A stretch of DNA of 64,000 bases from a virus (IMGVR_UViG_3300029705_006930); one strand, 5' to 3'; counted from the stretch's first letter, positions 54,481 to 64,000 are shown. Program-made: numbers and translations. Notes: generated from the letters alone by a model not told the origin.

Positions 54481-55373
54481 TGAAGAAAAACGGTTTTGTT
54501 GGTGGTGTTCTTGCCGCAGCAATTATTGTAATTGCGCTTTTAGGGATAATCACTTGTATTGAAAAAATTCCAACAGGGTACGTTGGCGTTGTATATAAAA
54601 TGTCCGGTGGTGTGCAGGACGAAATTCTCACACAGGGCTGGCATATTGTTTCTCCAACCAAAAAGGTTAAGGAATTTACTGTTGGTAATGAGCAGATTGT
54701 TATGACAAAAGACGAACGCGATGGCAGCAAAGGTGATGACAGCTTTGCTGTAGCTACAGCAGATAATGCAAATATTGATATTAGTTTTCAGATGTTATAC
54801 AGATATGATGCTCAAACAGTTGTGAATACATTTAAAGATTATAAAGGCATGAGCGGTGAAGATATTGTTAATAACCGAGTGCGTACATTACTTAAATCTA
54901 AAATTTCCGAAGTTACAACCGATTACACAATGATGGATATTTACTCTGGTGACAGAACGACAATCAATCAGGAAATCACAGAACATCTCAATGAAGAATT
55001 CCATCGTCAGTTTGGTATCAATGTTTTGGATGCTTCTATTGTTGATGTACATCCAAGCGAACAACTGCAGGACACAATTAACAAACGTGTAGATGCAATC
55101 CAGAAAAAACAGGAGGCAGAAGCAAATCAGGAACGTATTAAAGTAGAAAAAGAAACAGAACTTATTCAGGCAGAAGCAGATGCAAAAATTGCCGAAGCAA
55201 AAGCACAGGCAGAAGCACGAGTAATCGAAATTGAAGCACAGGCAGAAGCCGAAGCAAATCGTCTTATTGCACAGAGTATTACCCCAGAACTTATCGCTAT
55301 GAAAGAAGCCGAAGCTCGTCTTGTTCACGGCTGGGTGGAAATCACAGGCTCAGAAGCCGTAGTAGTTAAATAA
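54480..55373 (+). CDS. SPFH/band-7 (prohibitin/HflC-like) membrane protein
   Basis: TM segment, then TGYVGVVYKMSGG...GWHIVSP, and an Ala/Glu-rich coiled coil. Confidence 0.75.
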   Translation: MKKNGFVGGVLAAAIIVIALLGIITCIEKIPTGYVGVVYKMSGGVQDEILTQGWHIVSPTKKVKEFTVGNEQIVMTKDERDGSKGDDSFAVATADNANIDISFQMLYRYDAQTVVNTFKDYKGMSGEDIVNNRVRTLLKSKISEVTTDYTMMDIYSGDRTTINQEITEHLNEEFHRQFGINVLDASIVDVHPSEQLQDTINKRVDAIQKKQEAEANQERIKVEKETELIQAEADAKIAEAKAQAEARVIEIEAQAEAEANRLIAQSITPELIAMKEAEARLVHGWVEITGSEAVVVK

Positions 55374-55426
55374 TAAATTGAATAACAATCTCCGCAGGGG
55401 AAACTCTGTGGAGAACAAGGATAACT

Positions 55427-56749
55427 ATGAGACAAATATTAAATATGAGAGAAACATTAACGCGAGTAAGTTTTTTATTTAAGACTATTGCGAGTACACC
55501 AAGGACAACTGAAAAGAAACGATTGTTGCGTTATATCAACAGCTCAGAACCAGAGAATGTATGTGAAATGTTTCTGTATACTTTACGATTTTTATTGGAT
55601 AACAATGTAACAACAGGTATCGATAAAAAGAAACTCAAAGCTCAAATTAATATGCCTGATATTAATTTTCCAATGAAATGGTCACATATGTTGGAATATA
55701 TCAAAGAAAACAATACAGGAAGGCATGAAGATATTCGCAGAGCACAGCTCTTTATCGAAGATAATCCCGAGAATGCGGAATTTATTGCTGATATTATAAC
55801 AAAATCATATAGGTTAGGACTGACAGCCAAAACAGTAAATGAAGTTTATGAAGATTTTATTCCTGTTTGGTCAGTACAGCAGGCATATCCTTTGGAAAAA
55901 TATCCGCTTAAGGACGGAGAATGGTTTTCTTTATCACAAAAGCTTAATGGGTTCCATGCCTCATATTACAAGGGTAAATTAATAAGCCGACAAGGAAAAG
56001 AAATCAAAGGTTGTAAGCACGTTATTAACGCAATAAACAACTTTAAACTTCAAGATTTCTTTATTGATGGCGAGCTTATCCGGCGTAATGATATTGAACC
56101 TCATCTCTCAGACGAAGAAAATTTTCGACAGACTGTTTCAATTGCGAATTCTGATTCTGACGACAAAACAGACCTGTGTTTTATTTATTATGATATCATT
56201 CCAGCTGATGATTTTGACAAAGGCAAATGTGAAATAACATATCGCCAACGTCTTAATGACATGCATAAATTAAACAGTATAATTCTGCAGACTCCATTTT
56301 ATAAAACGTTTCATATGGTGAAATGGTTTTATCACGGCAATGACCAAAAGAAAATTCAGTTTTGGCTTGATTATGCAAATGAAAATGATATGGAGGGTCT
56401 TATGTTAAATAAGGATACTGTATATCAATGCAAACGTAATTCAGGCATTTTAAAGGTAAAAAGTTGGAAACATTGTGACCTTAGAGTAACGGGCGTTGAA
56501 GAAGGCGATGGCAAATACAAAGGAACCCTTGGAAAACTGATTGTGGACTATAAAGGAAATACTTTGGGATTAAGTGGAATGAGCGATGAGGAACGTTATA
56601 TATTTTGGAATAATCCACAGGACATAGTTGGGAAGATTGTGCTCGTTAAATATAAACAGGAAACAAAAGACAAAACAGGTAAACGTAGTTTGCAGTTCGC
56701 AACCTACCAAGGTGTTAGAACTGATAAAGATGAAGTCAGCTACAATTAA
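55427..56749 (+). CDS. ATP-dependent DNA ligase
   Basis: Motif I SQKLNGFH, motif III FIDGELI, motif IV EGLMLNK, motif V ILKVK, plus an OB domain. Confidence 0.8.
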   Translation: MRQILNMRETLTRVSFLFKTIASTPRTTEKKRLLRYINSSEPENVCEMFLYTLRFLLDNNVTTGIDKKKLKAQINMPDINFPMKWSHMLEYIKENNTGRHEDIRRAQLFIEDNPENAEFIADIITKSYRLGLTAKTVNEVYEDFIPVWSVQQAYPLEKYPLKDGEWFSLSQKLNGFHASYYKGKLISRQGKEIKGCKHVINAINNFKLQDFFIDGELIRRNDIEPHLSDEENFRQTVSIANSDSDDKTDLCFIYYDIIPADDFDKGKCEITYRQRLNDMHKLNSIILQTPFYKTFHMVKWFYHGNDQKKIQFWLDYANENDMEGLMLNKDTVYQCKRNSGILKVKSWKHCDLRVTGVEEGDGKYKGTLGKLIVDYKGNTLGLSGMSDEERYIFWNNPQDIVGKIVLVKYKQETKDKTGKRSLQFATYQGVRTDKDEVSYN

Positions 56750-56765
56750 TAGATGGGGGAATAAA

Positions 56766-58065
56766 ATGAACGTAAAAGATTGGCTTGGAGAAGAAAATCA
56801 GCTCGGCATTGATATTGCTACAAAAAAATATATTAAAAACGAATCCTTTGATGAATTTATCGGAAGAATTTCAAATAATAATCCAGAAATTAAAAGAATT
56901 ATTTTAGAAAAGAAATATCTGCATGGTGGCAGAACACTCAGTAACTACAATACGGGTAATGGTGCATCCACATCCAACTGTTATTCAAGTGGTTACTGCC
57001 CGGATGATACAGCAGGTATTCTGGAGCTAAATAAAAATATAGGTCTTACATATAAAGCACAGGGTGGGCAGGGTTTATCTCTGAGTAAAATCCGTCCAAA
57101 GGGCTGTAAAATCAGCAAAGGTGGATATGAAACTGATGGCATCATTCCATTTATGCAGATGTTTGATACTACAACAGCAAGTATTTCACAGGGCGGTTCA
57201 AGAAAAGGAGCTCTGATGATGTCTCTTGACTGCTGGCATAAAGAGGTTAAAGATTTTATCACAATCAAAACCGATACAAATCTTATTACAAAAGCAAATC
57301 TGTCAGTTGAAATTGACGATGAATTTATGACCTGTGTCAGAAAATATTATGATGAAGGCTTGGTATTTGAAAAACAAGTAAACTTTACTTATGATGGCGG
57401 TGAAACCAGATATATGGTGAAACCTATTGAAGTATATCAGCTGATTTGTAAAACGGCTCATGAATATGCTGAGCCAGGCATTATCTATACTGAGCAGTTT
57501 CGCAACTATAATTTAATGCAGTACGATGATGAATATCAGATTGTAACTGGTAACCCATGTGGAGAACAGCCTTTGCCACAGAATGGGGCGTGCAATCTGG
57601 GCAGTATTAACCTTGCAGAATTTGTAAAACACCCATATTCATCAGAATCAGAGTTTGATTTTGTAGATTTCCGCAATACAGTAGAAATTGCAATCAGAGC
57701 ATTGGATGACGTACTGGATTATGGTGCTGAACTTCATGCTTTGCCAGAACAGAGAGAAATGGCAAAGAATTATCGCAATATAGGTCTTGGCATTATGGGC
57801 CTTGCTTCAATGCTTTTTAAGATGGGCATTAAATATGGCAGTGATGAATCTCTCCATCTTGTAGATACCATTGGCTATACAATGTTTAGAACTGCTTTGG
57901 AGACATCTACTGAGCTCGCAAAAGAAAAAGGAACTTTCCCAAAATATAAAGATGTTGTTTTTGATGCAGAAATTATTAAGGCACATTTTAATGCAGACGA
58001 AATCGCAGAGCTCCGCAAATATGGTCTTCGCAACTGCTCATTGCTTTCAATCGCTCCAAGTGGGT
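56766..58065 (+). CDS. nrdJ: class II (B12-dependent) ribonucleotide reductase, exon 1
   Basis: GGRTLSN, NPCGEQPL and LLSIAPSG. ATG 56766 after GGGGGAA. Confidence 0.85.
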
Positions 58066-59266
58066 TGACTAACTGGCTCACATAAAACATTTTTAATTGC
58101 TGGAACATCCTTAGAGCTTCATAAACTACAACATAATGATGAAATATACATAAGTGTGAATGTTTGAAAATTATGAAGATTGGATAATCAGCAGCGAAGC
58201 TCTGAATAGGAGAACGTTCAACGACTATCCCTTAATGGGAGTACACTGCAAGTGATTGGCAGTGGAAATAAAATGTACTAATTATTTATAAACTTAGGTA
58301 AAAGTAATAATAGAATTAAAAAATATAACATATGACGACATATATAATTTATATATAACACAACAAAAATCACAGCGACAAGTAGCAAACATACTTCACA
58401 TTGGGCAAACATCGGTTAGAAGGTTGTTACAAAAATATAATATTCCATCTAGGACTTCAGAAGAAAGCAAACAAACTCCAGATTTCATTGCTCGTCAAGC
58501 AGAACTTGCTCATAGATATCAAAATGAGTATAGAAAAATAATTGTCAAACAGTGTAAATGGTGTGGAAAAGATTTCGAAGTAGATGGTGAACATAAAAGA
58601 AAAAAATATTGCTCCCCAGAATGTGTTTCTATGTCTCAAAAATCTAAAACCAAAACACAATTTTGCCAGCGTTGTGGTAAAGAAATAAAAATATCATCTG
58701 GAAGACATTATAAAAGAATCTATTGTGATGAATGTAATGTTGTTGGCAGAAGTGAAAAGCAAATTAATAAGATACAAACTACTTGTGGATATTGTGATGC
58801 AAAAATCGAAGTAATTCCAAGTGTATATAAGGCAAATCGTTTTTGTTATTGCGATATGAATTGCATGGCTAAGCATTACGCAGAAATATATAGCGGGGAA
58901 AATAATCCCTCTTGGAAAGGTGGAAAATCACATCATTACACAGGTGGGTTTTATAATGCTCGGCAAAAGGCAAGAGAAAGAGATAAATATACTTGTCAAA
59001 TATGTGGAATTACGGAAACTGACTTTGGTCAACAAATGAGTGTGCACCATATCAAAAATTATAGATTATTTGAAGATAAGGCTGAAGCAAATAAACTTGA
59101 TAATTTAATATGTCTATGTGAACCTTGTCACCGATTTGTACATTCGAACAATAATAAAGAAGGATTGTTTATAAATAATTAGTAAAGATATAGTCTCAAC
59201 TTATATGAAAATATAAGCAGCCAGAAGATGGCGGCGATGGTGTAGCGAACCATCGCGAAGACATTG
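58066..59266 (+). mobile_element. group I intron carrying an HNH homing-endonuclease ORF
   Basis: P1 forms between exon GTGGGT (58060-65) and GCTCAC (58076-81), with a U-G wobble at 58065/58076. The intron ends in G59266. Splicing yields APSG-S-IGTMLNVTTGCEP and a total length of 2280 nt (760 codons). Confidence 0.7.
58424..59182 (+). CDS. HNH homing endonuclease (intron-encoded); the N-terminal HTH extends upstream to about 58325
   Basis: Several CxxC pairs and CQICG...VHHI...CEPCHRFVH (HNH). The upstream in-frame ITQQKSQRQVANILHIGQTSVRRLLQKYNI is an HTH with no canonical start codon. Confidence 0.75.
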   Translation: MLQKYNIPSRTSEESKQTPDFIARQAELAHRYQNEYRKIIVKQCKWCGKDFEVDGEHKRKKYCSPECVSMSQKSKTKTQFCQRCGKEIKISSGRHYKRIYCDECNVVGRSEKQINKIQTTCGYCDAKIEVIPSVYKANRFCYCDMNCMAKHYAEIYSGENNPSWKGGKSHHYTGGFYNARQKARERDKYTCQICGITETDFGQQMSVHHIKNYRLFEDKAEANKLDNLICLCEPCHRFVHSNNNKEGLFINN

Positions 59267-60246
59267 CAATTGGCACAATGCTCAATGTGACAACAGGATG
59301 TGAACCTGCATTTAGATTGTCATATAAACGTAAAACAGAAAGCTTACATAAAGATAAAGAAGTTTATTACGATGTATTTCTTCCGGAAATAGAAGAATTT
59401 AAACGTCTTTACCCAAACAAAGAATTGCCAGAGTACTTTGTATCAAGTGAAAATATTTGCTGGGCAGACCGAGTAAAAATGCAGTCAGTATTGCAGGAAC
59501 ATATTGATACAGCTATTTCATCAACAGTAAATCTGCCAAATTCAGCAACAATTGAAGATGTTGAAGACCTGTATTTGTATGCTTGGGAACAAGGTCTTAA
59601 GGGTATTACAATCTACCGTGATGGCTGTGCAAGAACTGGTATTCTCACAACAGATAAAACTGGTAAAAAAGAATCACCTGAAACATCGGAAAAGATAATA
59701 TCAGCTGAATTGCCAAGAGGCTACATTATGGATGTAAGTGACGACCTTATTGGTTATAAACGTAAACTTAATACAGGTTGTGGTTCAATTCATATGGAAG
59801 TATATTTCGATGAAATATCTGGTGAACCACAAGAAACCTTTGTCAACATTGGCTCTAGCGGCGGCTGTGAACGTAATTATCAACTCATCTCACGCCTTAT
59901 ATCTCTTGCATTAAGAGGTGGTGTTCCAATTGAATCTATCATTGACCAAACAATGAGTATTCGCCCTTGCACAGCTTATATCAACAGAACAAAAGCAAAA
60001 GGGGATACTTCAAAGGGAACTTCTTGCCCGAGCGCCATAGGCTATGCTTTACAAGAATTACAAAAGAAAATTAATGATAGGTGTTTTGGTTGCGAAGAAG
60101 AAATTGCAGAATCAGAATGCAATTGTAATATAGAAGACAAAGCAAGAATAAGTACATATACACCTTGTCCAGAATGTTCATCCCAATTGCAATTTGAAGG
60201 TGGTTGTATTATCTGTAAAAATTGTGGGTGGTCAAAATGCGATTAA
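59267..60246 (+). CDS. nrdJ: class II ribonucleotide reductase, exon 2
   Basis: TTGCEPAF, TGCGSIHMEVYFDE and a C-terminal zinc ribbon CPECS...CKNCGWSKC. Confidence 0.85.
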
Positions 60247-60773
60247 AGCAATGTAAAAAATGTAAACAAGAACTACCTACTTCTATGTTCTATAAAAGTT
60301 CTTACACAAAAGATGGATTTAGAGATTATTGTAAAGAATGTTGTAAACAAAACAATAAAAATTATTATGTAAAACATAGAACAGAGATAATTGAAAGAAC
60401 TAAACAGTATGTTGACAACAATAAAGAAAAAATTAAAGAGTATCAGAATCAATATTCTTATGTACATAGAGATGATAGAAAAGAATATCAAAAAATATTA
60501 TTTGATGATAAAAGAGAATTTTTAAATTCTTTAAAATACCCTTGTGTAAAATGTGGAGAGGACAGGCCATGGATAATTGATTTTCATCATATAAATCCTA
60601 AAAATAAATGTTTTACGGTTGGAAATAAATATCGTGGAAATATAGAAGTAATACAAGCAGAAGTTGAAAAATGTATATGCTTATGTAGAAATTGTCATGC
60701 TGAATTTCATTGGATATATGGCGCTGTTCCAAAATATCCTGAATTAGCATTAAATGAATATTTAGCGCAATAA
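60237..60773 (+). CDS. free-standing HNH endonuclease
   Basis: CKKCK...CKEC, then DFHHINP...CRNCHAEFH. Overlaps the nrdJ stop. Confidence 0.75.
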   Translation: MRLKQCKKCKQELPTSMFYKSSYTKDGFRDYCKECCKQNNKNYYVKHRTEIIERTKQYVDNNKEKIKEYQNQYSYVHRDDRKEYQKILFDDKREFLNSLKYPCVKCGEDRPWIIDFHHINPKNKCFTVGNKYRGNIEVIQAEVEKCICLCRNCHAEFHWIYGAVPKYPELALNEYLAQ

Positions 60774-60781
60774 ACAATACA

Positions 60782-60804
60782 GAGGGCTGGGAACTCCAGC
60801 CCTC
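60782..60804 (+). other. 9-bp GC-rich hairpin (possible terminator or stabiliser; no T-run)
   Basis: GAGGGCTGG-gaact-CCAGCCCTC. Confidence 0.5.
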
Positions 60805-60819
60805 CCAAAAGGAGAAATA

Positions 60820-61197
60820 ATGTATATAGTTTTAGTATATATCGGCGTTTTCATTGTGATATGGAGTATTCTTTTCGTCATCTTGAAATTATGTGCTGAT
60901 ATTGATAAGCAATGGCGTATAAGCTATCCAGTCATTAATTTTAATATATTTATGAATGCATATACGTTAGCCTCTGAACAATGGGAACTAGATGAGCGTA
61001 CAGTAACCTTTTGGGATATGAGGTACTACGGAACATTTAGAACTACGTTCAAATTTAATTATTTGGATTATAGAAAATATAAAAAATGGAGAGAAACCTG
61101 TAAAACCGAAGAATGGAACAATAAACAGTATCAGGTTTTAGACCAGATTATTCAAAAATATAAGGAGAATAATAATGCATCAGCATATAAAGGTTAA
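60820..61197 (+). CDS. membrane-anchored hypothetical protein
   Basis: N-terminal TM segment. AAAGGAG SD. Confidence 0.6.
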   Translation: MYIVLVYIGVFIVIWSILFVILKLCADIDKQWRISYPVINFNIFMNAYTLASEQWELDERTVTFWDMRYYGTFRTTFKFNYLDYRKYKKWRETCKTEEWNNKQYQVLDQIIQKYKENNNASAYKG

Positions 61198-61609
61198 ATA
61201 CTTTACAGATAAAATTGATAATCTTGCAAGCATTAAAAAAGGTAATTGGATTGATTTGCGAGCAGCTGAGGATGTAGAACTGAAAGCTGGCGAATTTAAG
61301 CTTATTCCACTTGGTATTGCAATGCAGCTTCCAGAGGGCTACGAAGCACATATTGTCCCTCGCAGTTCTACATTTAAAAACTTTGGCATAATTCAGACAA
61401 ACCATTGTGGTATTATCGACAACTCATACTGCGGAGACAATGACCAGTGGCTTTTCCCTGCATATGCGTTGCGTGACACTGTAATTAAAACAAATGACCG
61501 TATTTGTCAGTTTCGTATAATGGAAATTCAGCCAGAAATTACTTTTGAAGAAATATCAGTACTGAGCGGCCCAAACCGTGGTGGATTCGGTTCAACAGGA
61601 ATTAATTAA
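61175..61609 (+). CDS. dut: dUTP diphosphatase (trimeric dUTPase)
   Basis: [20 protein letters not shown] and RGGFGSTG. Confidence 0.9.
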   Translation: MHQHIKVKYFTDKIDNLASIKKGNWIDLRAAEDVELKAGEFKLIPLGIAMQLPEGYEAHIVPRSSTFKNFGIIQTNHCGIIDNSYCGDNDQWLFPAYALRDTVIKTNDRICQFRIMEIQPEITFEEISVLSGPNRGGFGSTGIN

Positions 61610-61620
61610 GGAGAAAGAAT

Positions 61621-62118
61621 ATGAGTGTTGTAGCCGCAAAAGTTTATCCCGATAAGGTTGTTATCGCAGCTGACTCTATTATGATAAAAGGCTGGTCAAA
61701 ACGCAATACAAATGTGACAAAATTAGCAGAAATCAATGAAATGATTATTGGTGGTGTGGGCACCGCACAGGAAGACAGTTTGATGTGGCACTATATGCGC
61801 ACCCATAAACCACTATCCGCGACCGAAAAAGATATCCTTGCCTTTATTATTGAATTCTCTCAGTGGAAAAATACTATGATAGGGAACAGCAATATTGAAA
61901 ATGAATATTTGCTAATTTTCCAAGGACATTTATTCCAGATTGATAATATGTTTGTAAATGAAATAACAGACTATTCAGCAATTGGTGCAGGTGAAGACTA
62001 TGCGTTGGCAGCACTTTACCTTGGGCATACCCCTAAAGAGGCCACAAAAGTTGCCTGTGAATTGTCTTGTTATGTTTGTGAACCTATTATTGAATATGAA
62101 ATGAAAAAGGAAAAATAA
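61621..62118 (+). CDS. HslV / proteasome-beta-like Ntn-hydrolase peptidase
   Basis: Collinear with HslV: MSVVAAKV..KVVIAADS...IIGGVGTAQED...YSAIGAGEDYALAAL. The predicted N-terminal nucleophile is Ser2. Confidence 0.6.
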   Translation: MSVVAAKVYPDKVVIAADSIMIKGWSKRNTNVTKLAEINEMIIGGVGTAQEDSLMWHYMRTHKPLSATEKDILAFIIEFSQWKNTMIGNSNIENEYLLIFQGHLFQIDNMFVNEITDYSAIGAGEDYALAALYLGHTPKEATKVACELSCYVCEPIIEYEMKKEK

Positions 62119-62203
62119 AATAATTACTGCAAAAAAATATATGTCCGTGAACTTTGTTTGGTGAACACGAGGCTCCCTTTATTCACCTTCATATGATTTA
62201 GCA

Positions 62204-62233
62204 ATAGAGCCGTCAGATAAGCGGCGGCTCTAT
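62204..62233. other. 9-bp perfect inverted repeat upstream of the serine recombinase (terminator or candidate recombination site)
   Basis: ATAGAGCCG-N12-CGGCTCTAT. Direct GTGAAC repeats at 62147 and 62161. Confidence 0.5.
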
Positions 62234-62267
62234 AATATAATACATTATTATACAAGGAGGTATTTTT

Positions 62268-62411
62268 ATAGGAGAAGATTTTAATTATACATATCAAAAT
62301 AATTACACACTTGTTACTTTTGACGATGAAACTAATTTACATATCATTTTAAAATTTACCGATGACTCCAACGATATGTTCGACATGTTTGTCGAGGAGC
62401 TTATATCATAG
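62268..62411 (+). CDS. 47-codon ORF with putative ATA start
   Basis: AAGGAGG lies 7 nt before ATA 62268. The sequence GEDFNYTYQNNYTLVTFDDETNLHIILKFTDDSNDMFDMFVEELIS is protein-like. No canonical in-frame start. Confidence 0.4.
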   Translation: MGEDFNYTYQNNYTLVTFDDETNLHIILKFTDDSNDMFDMFVEELIS

Positions 62412-62419
62412 GAGGCTAT

Positions 62420-64000
62420 ATGAAAAGAGTTGCATGTTTATATCGTGTTTCAACAAAAGGACAAGTTGATAAAGATGACATTCCTATGCAGCGTAAAGAA
62501 TGCAGTGAATTTATTAAAAAACAGGGATGGCAATTAGTCAATGAATATTATGAAAAAGGTGTCAGTGGCTATAAAAAATCAGCAGACCAACGTGATGTAT
62601 TGCAAACAATCAAGAATGATGCTTTAAATAATCAGTTTGACATTCTGCTTGTCTATATGTTTGACAGATTAGGACGACGCGAAGATGAAACTCCATTTAT
62701 TCTTGAATGGTTTACAAAACAAGGTATAGAAATGTGGAGTGTTAAAGAAGGCCAACAGTCCTTTTCACAACATATTGATAAATTACTTAACTACATACGT
62801 TTCTGGCAAGCCAGCGGTGAAAGTCATAAGACTTCTATGCGTGTTGATAGTAGCCATAGGCAAATGGCTGAAGAAGGCAAATTTAGAGGCGGCGATGCAC
62901 CATATGGATATATGCTTGTAAAAACAGGTGTATTCAATAAAAAGAAAAAAGAATTATTAAAATTAGTCATCAATACCATTGAGGCCCCTATTGTGCAGCT
63001 TATATATAAGTTAGCTTTGGAGGGATATGGTCAAACAAAAATAGCCAAATATTTAAATGAGCACGGCATAAAAACTCGAAACAATAAAATGTGGAATAGT
63101 GGTACAATTGGTTATATCCTAAAAAATCCAATTTATAAAGGTTATCCTGCATATAGAAAGAAAACAGGACAAGGAGAGGGAGTTCATAATTTGCCAAGTT
63201 CAGAATGGATATTATCTTCGGCACAGCAAATTGAGCTTGTTATAATTTCAGAGAATGATTGGGATAGAGTGCAGGAATTACGTACACAACATCATAATTC
63301 TCCTAATCATAACACAATCACAAATTCACCATTATTATTAGTTGGGTTGACTTACTGTGGATGCTGTAAAAGTCCATTGACTACCACTTATTCATATAAG
63401 TACAATAAAGATAAAACAAAGGTATATCAGCGACCAAAATATCGTTGCTCTGGTAAGGCAAATGCAAAAGCACTCTGTGATGGACAAACCGTTTATAGCG
63501 CAGAGAAATATGAAAAAGCTGTTTTAAATCAGATTGATATTTATTTAAATAAAATCAAAAATACACCACAATCTCAACAAGATACAACAGCTAATGATTT
63601 TCAAAAAAATATTAAATCTCTCGAGCATAAATTAGCAAAAATCAATAATATGATAGAAATATTATCTGATGAAGTTGGTAATGCCTTGATAGGAGAAAGT
63701 CGATTTACACCAGAAGTTTTGGCAGAACAAATTAACAAAAAACAACAAGATAAAATTTTAATACAAAATGAACTTGACAAAATAAAACAAGAGGCAGATA
63801 ATTATAACCATGAACAAATCAATACACAGCAATTAAACCAAGTTATTCCAATCTGGAAAGAAAGGTTTGACGGATTTTCAACTGAAAAGAAAAAACGTTT
63901 ATTGCGTATCTTGATTTCACGCATTGAATTTAATAGAGATACAATTATTATAGATTTTAATACAACTATTCAATGCTTTTTAGATGCTATCACTGCATAA
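62420..64000 (+). CDS. large serine recombinase (integrase type)
   Basis: N-terminal resolvase domain CLYRVSTKGQ...DILLVYMFDRLGRR, a recombinase domain, the zinc-ribbon Cys pairs GLTYCGCCKS and YRCSGK...CDG, and a C-terminal coiled coil. The stop falls at 63998-64000. Confidence 0.9.
   Translation: MKRVACLYRVSTKGQVDKDDIPMQRKECSEFIKKQGWQLVNEYYEKGVSGYKKSADQRDVLQTIKNDALNNQFDILLVYMFDRLGRREDETPFILEWFTKQGIEMWSVKEGQQSFSQHIDKLLNYIRFWQASGESHKTSMRVDSSHRQMAEEGKFRGGDAPYGYMLVKTGVFNKKKKELLKLVINTIEAPIVQLIYKLALEGYGQTKIAKYLNEHGIKTRNNKMWNSGTIGYILKNPIYKGYPAYRKKTGQGEGVHNLPSSEWILSSAQQIELVIISENDWDRVQELRTQHHNSPNHNTITNSPLLLVGLTYCGCCKSPLTTTYSYKYNKDKTKVYQRPKYRCSGKANAKALCDGQTVYSAEKYEKAVLNQIDIYLNKIKNTPQSQQDTTANDFQKNIKSLEHKLAKINNMIEILSDEVGNALIGESRFTPEVLAEQINKKQQDKILIQNELDKIKQEADNYNHEQINTQQLNQVIPIWKERFDGFSTEKKKRLLRILISRIEFNRDTIIIDFNTTIQCFLDAITA

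Noticed and set aside
1-64000. tRNA genes and CRISPR arrays
   Set aside because: I scanned the non-coding gaps by eye for T-loop (GTTCRANYC) cloverleaf contexts and for regularly spaced direct repeats. Nothing convincing was found. A tRNAscan or CRISPR-finder run would be needed to be definitive.

Overview
This window is an AT-rich, densely packed segment of a large phage-like genome. Coding is almost entirely on the plus strand. Ribosome-binding sites are strong AGGAGG-type Shine-Dalgarno (SD) sequences, and many genes overlap as ATGA or TAATG, which implies translational coupling. No capsid, tail or terminase genes are present, so this looks like the lysogeny/early and replication/nucleotide-metabolism arm of a genome larger than 64 kb.

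Layout:
- 1-3.4 kb, minus strand: a degenerate DNA-ligase paralog, a winged-helix protein and a small tyrosine integrase.
- 3.45-4.55 kb: a non-coding tract that is GT-rich and C-poor, with repeats and G-runs.
- 4.5-11.9 kb: early genes, including a sigma-region-4-like factor and an XRE-type HTH protein, plus a roughly 0.55 kb terminator-bounded non-coding locus.
- 11.9-18.8 kb: an island encoding a ubiquitin-like protein, a JAB/MPN+ peptidase and a ThiF/E1-like enzyme. It is followed by a retron/UG-like reverse transcriptase flanked by four copies of a covarying RNA hairpin module.
- 18.8-35.8 kb: more than 60 small ORFs, including 13 consecutive genes that share a C-terminal tail.
- 35.8-62.1 kb: FolD, a MazF-like toxin, a lytic transglycosylase, an SSB-like protein, a P-loop ATPase, DnaB, primase, a Cas4-like nuclease, DnaE split by an intron-like insert, an ERCC4-type nuclease, ThyX, a guanylate-kinase-like kinase, an SPFH protein, a DNA ligase, class II NrdJ split by an HNH-carrying group I intron, dUTPase and an HslV-like peptidase.
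- 62.4-64.0 kb: a large serine recombinase.

The most unusual items are the Ubl/JAB/E1 plus reverse transcriptase plus structured-RNA island, the 13-gene tail family, recurrent SD-positioned ATA start codons, and a 19-nt motif shared by two distant operon leaders.

All functional calls come from motif reading by eye. No database search was run.
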